From Gallionella sp. (GTDB lineage: Bacteria > Pseudomonadota > Gammaproteobacteria > Burkholderiales > Gallionellaceae): 64,000 nucleotides of DNA. Of this stretch, positions 39,544 to 48,017 are shown piece after piece; within the stretch, counting starts at the first letter, position 1; each line of letters begins with the position of its first letter. The DNA is taken from positions 13,781-77,780 of the forward strand of contig JALNYK010000008.1 in assembly GCA_023229845.1 (NCBI GenBank), read 5' to 3'. A program made the translations under genes and the position numbers. Below the pieces are notes generated by a model. That model saw only the letters and a list, made by a program, of their open reading frames with translations, did no database searches and was not told the DNA's origin.

Positions 39544-39822
39544 TGCGCTGCCTCCATGGGTTCGTTCGGCTTCGGACGCACCGATGCGACGGCTGCCTGA
39601 AGGATGGCGCAACTTAACAAACTCGCGGACGCTTACCTATGGGGTGGATACCTACCCGAGGGGGATGGGAAAAGACGCATCGGACCAACGTCAGATGAAG
39701 ATATATGCCGAAATATCTATGTATTTCGGCATATTGTTCGGGTGGGGTGTATCGGGTATGGTGCGGCCTTCTCCGGCATTTTTCTTGTGTCTACTTAACA
39801 TTAGCCATTTCCGAACTCGAAT

Positions 39823-40776
39823 ATGAATCTCTTCATCGATACAAACGTTTTGCTCAACTTCTTTTACTTCTCCAAAGACAGTTTGGATGAGCTTGAGAAA
39901 GTCTTTGTACTCCAGAACTACGGGAAAATAAGTCTTTGGCTGACAGATCAAGTAGAGCTTGAGTTTTCCAGGAATCGTGAAACGAAGATCGCAGATGCAC
40001 TCAAGAAATTCCTCGATGAAAAGCCCAACTCAGGAATTCCTCATGTAGCACGAGGCTATCCTGAATCCGATCAATTGATGGAAGCCCTGAAACAAGTAAA
40101 TTCATCACGAGATCAACTGATGGTGAAAGTACGAAATGACATATCTAAAAAATCGCTCTATGCCGACAAACTAATTAAAGAGATATTTGCAAAGTCCACA
40201 CGGATTAAATTCACGGAAGATCAATTTACTGCGGCCAAAAGAAGATCCGACTTGCGAAGTCCCCCTGGAAAAAACAACTCCTTAGGCGATGCCATCAACT
40301 GGGAAGCGCTGCTAGAGGCTATTCCAGAAGGTCAGGATATTTATATTGTTTCTGAGGATGGAGACTTCACAAGCCCACTAGACACTGAGCGTCTTAGCGA
40401 TTTTTTGACGGAAGAATGGGCAAGCAAGAAGAAATCAAAGGCAATTCTCTACAAGAGACTGTCTCAGTTCCTGTCCCTAATGTTTCCTGATGCGAAGGTG
40501 GCAGCCGAACTAGAAAAGGACATCCTAATTGCGGAACTCGCTAGCAGCGGCTCCTTCGCCGCAACGCATCAGGCTGTTTCCGAACTAAATAAATTCGCCA
40601 GTTTTTCTCCGAAACAAGCTAGCGAAATCGCAGATGCCTACATAGTAAACTCCCAAGTCGGCTGGATTGCGACAGACGAGGACGTTCATGCCTTTGGCAA
40701 AAAGATTCAAGAAGCGCACAGCGCCACTCTTGATCCAACGCAGCAAAAGGCGTTTTTGGGTATTCTCACTAAATAA
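39823..40776 (+). CDS. PIN-like nuclease domain protein (DUF4935-type impression) with uncharacterised C-terminal domain
   Basis: 317 aa. MNLFIDTNVLLNFF (PIN Asp in DTN), then further acidic positions in QVELEF, GDAINWE and VSEDGDF. The last roughly 120 aa have no motif I recognise. 37% G+C in the hand-counted line 39841-39900. No obvious SD. Confidence 0.65.
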   Translation: MNLFIDTNVLLNFFYFSKDSLDELEKVFVLQNYGKISLWLTDQVELEFSRNRETKIADALKKFLDEKPNSGIPHVARGYPESDQLMEALKQVNSSRDQLMVKVRNDISKKSLYADKLIKEIFAKSTRIKFTEDQFTAAKRRSDLRSPPGKNNSLGDAINWEALLEAIPEGQDIYIVSEDGDFTSPLDTERLSDFLTEEWASKKKSKAILYKRLSQFLSLMFPDAKVAAELEKDILIAELASSGSFAATHQAVSELNKFASFSPKQASEIADAYIVNSQVGWIATDEDVHAFGKKIQEAHSATLDPTQQKAFLGILTK

Positions 40777-40861
40777 TCCCTGCACAATCCCGGATCTGCG
40801 CAAAAAGCCGCACAGGCCGATTACTTCTACATTAGGAACTGCACATCAAATTGCATTCAAC

Positions 40862-41401
40862 ATGGATAGCATACTTACATCATTGGGGTTAGCTACTGGT
40901 GGCGGGATACTCGCTGTTGTAGCCAAACATTTTTTCGACAATCCAATTCGAGAAATTGCCTTTAATCTTCCCTGGCTTAGAGTGAAGGCGAGTTCTCTCG
41001 CGGGCTACTGGCGCGCCGAATATGAATTCCAGGAGTGTGGAAAGAATGGCGTACATACATCGGTATCCGCACTCTATGAGCTAATCGAATGGCCTGGAAA
41101 TATCGTGCTCATTCGTGAGATACCTACCAACGGTGCTCCCGCCTCCATTGTGATTAAAGCAAAAAAGCGAAACAGCTACTTGAGTGGCTCCTATGAAAAT
41201 GCCGCTGCTCACGACACGCTGCACGGTGTATTTCAATTATGGCTACACCCCAAAGGCGAAGAAATGCGTGGGCATTTCTTAGGCTTTAGTGCTGAGGCTC
41301 CAAATTGCTTCAACACCGGCGAATGGCTGTGGTCGCGACTTACGACCGCCAGAACTGATGAGGCATTGGAGGAGGCAATAAAAAAGTTCGCTGAACATTG
41401 A
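40862..41401 (+). CDS. Hypothetical single-pass membrane protein
   Basis: 179 aa from the internal ATG of ORF 40667..41401. It has an N-terminal helix LGLATGGGILAVVAKHFF and a soluble domain of about 150 aa (GYWRAEYEF...LHGVFQLWLHPKGEEMRGHFLGF) that I do not recognise. It is on the same strand as the PIN-like gene, 85 nt downstream, and has similarly low GC. Confidence 0.5.
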   Translation: MDSILTSLGLATGGGILAVVAKHFFDNPIREIAFNLPWLRVKASSLAGYWRAEYEFQECGKNGVHTSVSALYELIEWPGNIVLIREIPTNGAPASIVIKAKKRNSYLSGSYENAAAHDTLHGVFQLWLHPKGEEMRGHFLGFSAEAPNCFNTGEWLWSRLTTARTDEALEEAIKKFAEH

Positions 41402-41489
41402 TGTGTTTGTTGAATCGCACCCCTAAGTTCTCCTCCGGCCCATTTGTACTATCATTCATGCGCAATCACAGCATGGGATGACACTAGCG

Positions 41490-41757
41490 ATGACACAGGA
41501 AATCAGCACCGAGGTATTGCTGGAAAAATACGCCGAGCCGGGCGAGAACTCGGTGGAGGACGTGCGCCGCCGCGTGGCGCGTGGGTTGGCGCAGGCCGAA
41601 GCGCCGGAGCAGCGCGCGCAGTGGGAAGAGAAGTTTTTCCTCGCGCAGGAAAACGGCTTCGTACCCGCCGGGCGCATCAACTCCGCCGCGGGGCTGGATA
41701 GCCAGGCAACGCTGATCAACTGCTTCGTGCAGCCGGTGGGCGATGCGATCTCCGGCG
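41490..41757 (+). pseudogene. 5' fragment (89 codons) of a class II ribonucleotide reductase gene (nrdJ'), diverged copy of 45065-45332
   Basis: [33 protein letters not shown]...[13 protein letters not shown], after which homology stops. About 21 mismatches in roughly 268 nt versus the intact gene by hand alignment, and 3 aa differences. Confidence 0.85.
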
Positions 41758-41779
41758 GCTTAATAATAGGGGACAGACC

Positions 41780-43115
41780 CTGAGGTTTCCCCTCAAATGA
41801 TCTTTCTTATTCAGTTTGTTACAGCTAAAGGCTGGCATGCATGACACCGATAACTCCTCCATCTCGGCGACCAAACGTCGAAGGAGGAAATGTCATGCAT
41901 GCCAAGGGGATTGTAGACGCAATGCTGGGGAATTGTCTTTCCGGCCTTCACGCGAAGTTGGCTGAATCCGTCAAAGCAGCGGTGTGCAGCGCATTGGTTG
42001 GTGGTCGTCTGAGTTTGAGCCAGCTTGCCCGTTCGGTAGATTCTCAGACGGCGATGCGCCATCGCATCAAACGTATCGACAGGCTGCTTGGGAACGAAGC
42101 GCTGCACGGAGAACGCGCGACGATTTACCACGAAGTCGCCGCGCAGTGGCTGAATGGAATCGAGCATCTGCTCGTGATCGTAGACTGGTCGGATGCAACG
42201 ACCGATCAACAGTGGCATTTGCTGCGTGCCAGCGTTTCGGTCGAAGGGCGCAGCATGACGCTGTATGAAGAAGTCCATCCGCAGCGCAAGTATGGAGACC
42301 GAGACGTGCATCGGCGATTTTTGACTCAATTGGCAAACCTGCTGCCTGAGGGCTGTATGCCCATCATCATGACCGATGCCGGGTTTCGCTCGACTTGGTT
42401 CGACTTGGTGACGAAGCGTGCTGGCAATGGGTGGGGCGAATCCGAGGAAAAGATATGGTCAGCATTGCGGGCGGCGCATGGAGACGATGTACGGATGTTT
42501 ACCAAGAGGCCACCTCGCGCGCGCGTCAGTTCGTCGATGCACATTACGTCCGCAGTCGTCCGACGAGCTGTCGGCTAGTGTTGGTCAAACGCGAAGCGAA
42601 AGGACGCACTCGTCGTACTCGCATGGGGAAGCGCTCCTGTTCCCATACCTCGCTCAAAGCCGCACGTGGTAGCCGTGAGCCATGGCTGCTGGCTTGTTCG
42701 CCGGGGCTTGCCCATCTGACTCCGGAGTCGGTTGTTTCTCTCTACGCACAAAGAATGCGAATCGAGCAATCGTTCCGCGATATCAAGAATGAGCGGCTTG
42801 GTTTTGGTTTGACCTCTTCGCGTTCGCGTACGGGTAAACGGTTGGAGATACTGCTGCTGATCGGGTACTTGGCCGGGTGGCTTATGCGGCTAATTGGGGA
42901 GTGCGCGCAACAGTGTCAGATGCAACTTCAATTCCAAAGCGTCGCACATCTCGACCACAAGGAAATCTCTGTGCTCACGTTGGCGCGCAGGGTCATTGAT
43001 GCGGGGGCTCCATGGCTGAAACGTCTTCGTCCAAAAGACTCATTCATCCTTTTGCGCCAACAAGCTCGGGAGGCCTGCCATGGAATGTGATGTTAAATTT
43101 GAGGGGAAACCTCAG
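41780..43115 (+). mobile_element. IS4-family, IS10-like insertion sequence (1336 bp) with 9-bp target-site duplication
   Basis: Perfect 19-bp terminal IRs CTGAGGTTTCCCCTCAAAT (compare IS10 CTGATGAATCCCCTAATGA). Flanked by direct repeats GGACAGACC at 41771-41779 and 43116-43124. Confidence 0.9.
41895..43090 (+). pseudogene. IS10-like DDE transposase, split by one frameshift near 42410-42425
   Basis: Frame 1 reads ...HRIKRIDRLLGNE...VIVDWSD...IIMTDAGFRSTWFDLVTKR. Frame 2 reads CWQWVGRIRGK...EPWLLAC...SLYAQRMRIEQSFRDIKN (YREK motif). Together they are colinear with IS10 transposase as I recall it. Confidence 0.85.
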
Positions 43116-43209
43116 GGACAGACCACGGTTTCCCTAGCCCACGTAGAGCGCACTCGGGCAATGCGCCGTATGCATCCCTCCCAACATCCGGCGCTCTATT
43201 GAATCGCCA

Positions 43210-43500
43210 TCACGCCGCCAGCAATTCCACCTTCAACTTCTTCCCCAGCACCGCTGCCGCGCTCGCCAGCGTGGTCAGTGTCAGGCTGGTGTTGTTCTCG
43301 TCCAGCAGGCGGTTCAATGAGGCGCGGCTGGTGTGCATTTTCTTCGCCATCGTGGTCTTGTTCAGGTTCTGTACTTTCATCTCCTGCTCGATCTGCCATG
43401 CGATGAAAGCGATCATTTCTACTTGGCGCTGACACCCCAAAGCCGGATTCGCGCGAAGACGGCAAAAGGGGCGCGAAGCATCAAGGTAGTCGGCGGACAT
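43210..43500 (-). CDS. XRE-family HTH antitoxin-like protein (orphan)
   Basis: 96 aa from MSADYLDAS. HTH segment LNKTTMAKKMHTSRASLNRLL and a C-terminus TLASAAAVLGKKLKVELLAA typical of HigA/HTH_37-like antitoxins. The start could instead be at 43416. Confidence 0.55.
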   Translation of the reverse strand: MSADYLDASRPFCRLRANPALGCQRQVEMIAFIAWQIEQEMKVQNLNKTTMAKKMHTSRASLNRLLDENNTSLTLTTLASAAAVLGKKLKVELLAA

Positions 43501-43709
43501 AGCCGCCAGACCGCAGAAATACAGCACGAAGCCCATCTGAAAAGCTGGCTGCCATACCCACCGTACCGCATAAATACGGCATCAAGCGAAGTGTTTTCTC
43601 GTCGTCGTGAAGCTATTGTAACTTCGCCGCATCCAGTCTACGCCGCGGTCTCGCACTCGCGGCCATCATCACGCCGCACTTCGCATAATTTATTGCAAGG
43701 AGAAATAAA

Positions 43710-44795
43710 ATGAAAACAAAGTTTAATTTTAAAGCAGCATTAATTTCAGTTGCACTTCTGGGCGGATCAATAACTTCAGGCGCGGTGTATTCAAGCCCTT
43801 TCCCTTTGCTCAAAGCCAACGGCGTTAGCACGGCCCAAGATGCCACCGACTATTACCGCACCATCGACCCCCCGGTTGCCGGACACCCGAACGGCCTAAG
43901 ATATACCCAGGCAGAATGGAGAGAAGTTAATGGCTTTAATGATCCCGCGAATGAAATCGTTGTGGTGGGGGGACACAAAAACGTCTCTGATCTCGGCTTC
44001 TGGCGAAGAATTGAGATGGTCATTGACAAGCGTTGGGGGAAAAGGAGGAACGTCGCGTTTACCACCTACAACTTCGAGTTCGAATCTGACACGACAGACG
44101 TAAAAAAAGCAAAGTCCATCGTGAATATGGAATACTCCCCTGGCCCGAATGGTGACCGTATCACCAAGTTCTACATCTACAATCCCGATGGTACACGCAA
44201 GGCCGATACTTTCTTTGATCCTGACGGCATTAACGACCTGACCAAGCAAGATAACCTGAACTTGCCAAACGGTTGCGCTGCCTGCCATGGTGGAGGGGAA
44301 GACTTTAGAGCCCATAGTGGTAAGACCGACGGCGGATTCCTTGCGTTTGACTTCAACGTTTTCGAGTACGGCACGCTGACATCCCGTGCAGCTAATGAAC
44401 CCAATGTGAAGAAGCTTAATCAAGGGGTGCTGATGACAGATCCGCCCAGCGCCGTAAAGAATCTGATATATGGACTCTACGGTGGCAAATCCCTGCCGTT
44501 GGCCACGCAAAACTCGGATTACATGCCGAGCGACTGGGCCACAGAGCCAGCACTCTGGAAGGTCGTCGTGACGGATTGCCTGGGCTGCCATACCCTGTCC
44601 GAATCGTCAGTGCTGAACCTCAATTACTGGAAGCTCCACGTCGGGTCGCTCCGTGAGCAACTTTTCGAATATCGACTCATGCCAAACTCGCCTTATGCAA
44701 ACAGACGTTTCTGGAATATGGACCCTAATCAGCCGCCTACTACGCCGGCCCATAGTGATACCGTAAGAGATGCACTCAAACGCTTCCGCCCTTGA
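43710..44795 (+). CDS. Secreted protein with two CxxCH haem-c motifs (putative dihaem c-type cytochrome, family unknown)
   Basis: 361 aa. AAGGAG RBS, signal peptide MKTKFNFKAALISVALLGGSITSGAVYS, and CAACH (about residue 200) and CLGCH (about residue 290). Confidence 0.6.
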   Translation: MKTKFNFKAALISVALLGGSITSGAVYSSPFPLLKANGVSTAQDATDYYRTIDPPVAGHPNGLRYTQAEWREVNGFNDPANEIVVVGGHKNVSDLGFWRRIEMVIDKRWGKRRNVAFTTYNFEFESDTTDVKKAKSIVNMEYSPGPNGDRITKFYIYNPDGTRKADTFFDPDGINDLTKQDNLNLPNGCAACHGGGEDFRAHSGKTDGGFLAFDFNVFEYGTLTSRAANEPNVKKLNQGVLMTDPPSAVKNLIYGLYGGKSLPLATQNSDYMPSDWATEPALWKVVVTDCLGCHTLSESSVLNLNYWKLHVGSLREQLFEYRLMPNSPYANRRFWNMDPNQPPTTPAHSDTVRDALKRFRP

Positions 44796-44850
44796 TCAGC
44801 AATCTGAATTAGTCACTGTCCATAACTCGGCTCTGCGCCACGTGCCACTA

Positions 44851-44888
44851 AACAGGCGGCTGCTCCGGCAGCCGCCTGTTTTCTTTAT
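44851..44888 (+). terminator. Rho-independent terminator after the dihaem protein gene
   Basis: AACAGGCGGCTGCtccgGCAGCCGCCTGTTTTCTTTAT, a 13-bp perfect stem plus a T-rich tail. Confidence 0.85.
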
Positions 44889-45064
44889 AGTTGCTCAACC
44901 GAGTATTCATGCGATGCAACTCCACCTTCAGCTTTCTTCTCCAGCCCACGTAGGCACTACCCCCCGGCAGGCTGATTGTCTTCCACAAGCCCTGAACTTG
45001 TCCTCTGACCGTTTCCTGTTTGTACTATCATTCATCGCAATAACTGCACGGGATGGAATCAGCG

Positions 45065-47965
45065 ATGACACAGGAAATCAGCACCGAAGTTTTGCTGGAA
45101 AAATACGCCGAGCCGGGCGAGCACTCGGTCGAGGATGTGCGCCGCCGCGTGGCGCGCGGGCTGGCGCAGGCGGAGAAGCCGGAGCAGCGCACGCAGTGGG
45201 AGGAGAAATTCTTCCTCGCGCAGGAGAACGGCTTCGTGCCCGCCGGGCGCATCAACTCCGCCGCGGGGCTGGACAGCCAGGCGACGCTGATCAACTGTTT
45301 CGTGCAGCCGGTGGGCGACGCGATCTCCGGCGTCGTCGACGGCAAGCCCGGCATCTACGACGCGCTGCAGCAGGCCGCCGAGACCATGCGGCGCGGCGGC
45401 GGCGTGGGCTACGACTTCTCGGCGATCCGTCCCGAGGGCGCGCATGTGAAAGGCACCAACTCGCGCGCCAGCGGCCCGATCTCCTACATGCGCGTGTTCG
45501 ACCGCTCCTGCGAGACGGTGGAATCCGCCGGTGCGCGGCGCGGCGCGCAGATGGGCGTGCTGCGCTGCGACCATCCCGACATCGAAAAATTCATCGGCGC
45601 CAAGGACAAGGGCGACCTGCGCAACTTCAACATCTCCGTCGGCGTGACCGACGCGCTGATGCGGGCGGTGGAGAAGGACGAGGAATTCGAGCTGGTGCAT
45701 GCCGCCGAACCCGCCGCCGCGTTCAAGGAACAGGGTGCTTCCCGCCGCGCCGACGGCAAGTGGATCTACCGCAAGGTGCGCGCCGTCGAGCTGTGGAAGC
45801 AGATCATCGCCAGCACCTACGACCACGCCGAACCGGGCGTGCTGTTCATCGACCTGATGAACCGCGACAACAACCTGTCGTATTGCGAGGTGATCGAAGC
45901 GACCAACCCCTGCGCCGAGCAACCCCTGCCCGCCTACGGCTGCTGCTGCTTAGGCTCGATCAACCTGACGCGCATGGTGAAGAATCCATTCTCGGTGCAT
46001 GCCGGCTTCGACTACGAACCGTTCAAACAACTGGTGCGCACCTCAGTGCGCATGCTGGACAACGTGCTGGACGTGAGCGCGTGGCCGCTGCCGGAACAGC
46101 AGCAGGAGGCGCAGAGCAAGCGCCGCATCGGCCTGGGCTACACCGGGCTGGGCGATGCGCTGGCGATGCTGGGGCTGCGCTACGACACCGACGCGGCGCG
46201 CGCCTTCGCCGCCGACATCACCCGCATCATGCGCGACGAGGCCTATTCCGCCTCGGTGGAACTGGCGCAGGAGCGCGGCGCGTTCCCGCTGCTGGATGCG
46301 GAGCAATATCTCGCCGCACCGCGCTTCGCCTCGCGCCTGCCGGACGAGCTGAAGGACAAGATACGGCGGCACGGCATACGCAACAGCCATCTGCTGTCCA
46401 TCGCGCCCACCGGCACCATCTCGCTGGCCTTCGCCGACAACGCCTCCAACGGCATCGAGCCGGCGTTTTCCTGGTACTACACGCGCAAGAAACGCATGCC
46501 GGACGGCACGACCAAGGACTACCAGGTCGAGGACCATGCCTGGCGGTTGTACAAGAAACAGGGCGGCGACACAGAGCATCTGCCGCCCGCCTTCGTCTCC
46601 GCGCTGGACATCTCCGCGATCGACCACATGAAGATGGTCGCCGCGGTCGCGCCGTTTATCGACACCTCGATCAGCAAGACGGTGAACGTGCCCGCCGATT
46701 ATCCCTACGAGGATTTCAAGGACCTCTACACCGAGGCATGGAAAGCCGGACTCAAGGGGCTGGCGACCTATCGGCCCAACAGTGTGCTGGGCTCGGTGCT
46801 GTCGGTCACGCCGGAACCGAAGACAGACGAACAGCCGCAGGATTTCGTGTTCGACCAAGATCGGCGCATCGAGCTGGAAGCCACGCCCACGCCGGCGCTG
46901 GCCTCCTTGCGCTGGCCGGGCCGGCCGAAGCTGTCCGCAGGCAGCGAGGGCTGGGTGTCGCAGGTGGTCAAGCATCCGCTCGGCAGCTTCGTCGCGTTCG
47001 TGTCGCATACCACAAACCGCCCTCTCCCCAACCCTCTCCCGCAAGCGGGCGAGGGGGCAAACGAATCGCTGCGCGACTCTTCAACTCTGGGCCACAACCA
47101 TCCGTTCGAAGTATGGGTGAACGGCTCCGAGCAGCCGCGCGGACTCGGCGCGCTGGCGAAGTCGCTGTCGATGGACATGCGCACGCGCGACCCGGTGTGG
47201 ATACGCATGAAGCTGGAGATGCTGACCAAGACCGCGGGCGACGACGCCTTCGACATGGCTATGCCACCGGACGGTGAAATGAAGCGCATGCCCAGCCTGG
47301 TCGCCGCGTTCGCGCACCTGCTGAAATACCGCATCGAGGCGCTGGGCGCGCTGGAGATCACCGAGGGCGTGACCACGCCGATGATGGACGCGCTGTTCGC
47401 GAAGAAGGAACCCAAGACCGGCACCGACGGCACGATGAGCTGGACCGTGGATATCGCCAACGCCGGAACCGGCGACGACTTCGTGCTGGGCCTGAAGGAA
47501 CTGGTGCTGCCCGACGGACAGCGCCGCCCCTATTCGATGTGGCTGTCCGGCGTGTATCCGCGCTCGCTCGACGGGCTGTGCAAGGTGCTGAGCCTGGACA
47601 TGCGCGTGATCGACCCGGCGTGGATAGGCATGAAACTGCGCAAGCTGCTGAACTTCGGCGAACCGCTGGGCGACTTCATGGCGCGCGTGCCGGGCGGGAT
47701 GAAGATGGAGAGCTACCCCTCGACCGTCTCCTACGTCGCCAAGCTCATCATCCACCGCTACGCGATGCTCGGCATCCTCGACGAACAAGGCTACCCGGTG
47801 CAGCAGATGGGCGTGCTGGAGATCCCCGAAGGCCAGATCAAGCCGACCACGATCACCAAGCCGCTGACCGGCAAGCTGTGCAAGGAATGCGGCAACGCGA
47901 CATTGATAAAAAAGGATGGGTGCGAGTTCTGCACCAGTTGCGGGGCGATAGGGGCGTGCGGCTGA
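45065..47965 (+). CDS. nrdJ: Adenosylcobalamin-dependent (class II) ribonucleoside-diphosphate reductase
   Basis: 966 aa from MTQEIS. Contains [21 protein letters not shown] (active-site region), SISKTVNVP and a C-terminal Cys cluster CKECGN...CEFCTSCG. Confidence 0.95.
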   Translation: MTQEISTEVLLEKYAEPGEHSVEDVRRRVARGLAQAEKPEQRTQWEEKFFLAQENGFVPAGRINSAAGLDSQATLINCFVQPVGDAISGVVDGKPGIYDALQQAAETMRRGGGVGYDFSAIRPEGAHVKGTNSRASGPISYMRVFDRSCETVESAGARRGAQMGVLRCDHPDIEKFIGAKDKGDLRNFNISVGVTDALMRAVEKDEEFELVHAAEPAAAFKEQGASRRADGKWIYRKVRAVELWKQIIASTYDHAEPGVLFIDLMNRDNNLSYCEVIEATNPCAEQPLPAYGCCCLGSINLTRMVKNPFSVHAGFDYEPFKQLVRTSVRMLDNVLDVSAWPLPEQQQEAQSKRRIGLGYTGLGDALAMLGLRYDTDAARAFAADITRIMRDEAYSASVELAQERGAFPLLDAEQYLAAPRFASRLPDELKDKIRRHGIRNSHLLSIAPTGTISLAFADNASNGIEPAFSWYYTRKKRMPDGTTKDYQVEDHAWRLYKKQGGDTEHLPPAFVSALDISAIDHMKMVAAVAPFIDTSISKTVNVPADYPYEDFKDLYTEAWKAGLKGLATYRPNSVLGSVLSVTPEPKTDEQPQDFVFDQDRRIELEATPTPALASLRWPGRPKLSAGSEGWVSQVVKHPLGSFVAFVSHTTNRPLPNPLPQAGEGANESLRDSSTLGHNHPFEVWVNGSEQPRGLGALAKSLSMDMRTRDPVWIRMKLEMLTKTAGDDAFDMAMPPDGEMKRMPSLVAAFAHLLKYRIEALGALEITEGVTTPMMDALFAKKEPKTGTDGTMSWTVDIANAGTGDDFVLGLKELVLPDGQRRPYSMWLSGVYPRSLDGLCKVLSLDMRVIDPAWIGMKLRKLLNFGEPLGDFMARVPGGMKMESYPSTVSYVAKLIIHRYAMLGILDEQGYPVQQMGVLEIPEGQIKPTTITKPLTGKLCKECGNATLIKKDGCEFCTSCGAIGACG
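47017..47063. repeat. CCCTCTCCCCAACCCTCTCCCGCAAGCGGGCGAGGGGG repeat lying in-frame inside nrdJ
   Basis: Same family as 10343-10390 and 35610-35770. Translated as [15 protein letters not shown]. Confidence 0.8.
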
Positions 47966-48017
47966 CGAGGACATAACCGTACGACCTGCGCCAACATAAC
48001 AAACAGGGAGGTGGCGC

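Noticed and set aside
42395-42440. Programmed ribosomal frameshift in the IS transposase
   Set aside because: IS10-group transposases are, as far as I know, single-ORF proteins. No slippery A-rich heptamer is visible at the frame switch. A disabling indel or sequencing error is more likely.
44990-45064. Cobalamin riboswitch or NrdR boxes in the conserved nrdJ leader (TTTGTACTATCATTCAT)
   Set aside because: The leader is far too short for a B12 riboswitch and I see no B12 box. The conserved motif is not the palindromic NrdR box (acaCwAtATaTwGtgt type) and no tandem pair is evident. The conservation is real, but its function is left open.
46990-47100. Intein in nrdJ
   Set aside because: The extra segment is only about 20 aa, matches a dispersed DNA repeat, and lacks intein splice-junction motifs.
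44770-47277. Very long shadow ORFs: 835 aa at 44770..47277 (+), 802 aa at 35636..38044 (+), 582 aa at 24473..26221 (+), 363 aa at 31470..32561 (-), and many others
   Set aside because: They overlap strongly recognisable genes (nrdJ, iorB, fimV, hydrolase) in other frames or on the other strand. Their products are Arg/Ala/Gly/Pro/His-rich low-complexity sequences, typical of stop-poor frames in high-GC DNA.
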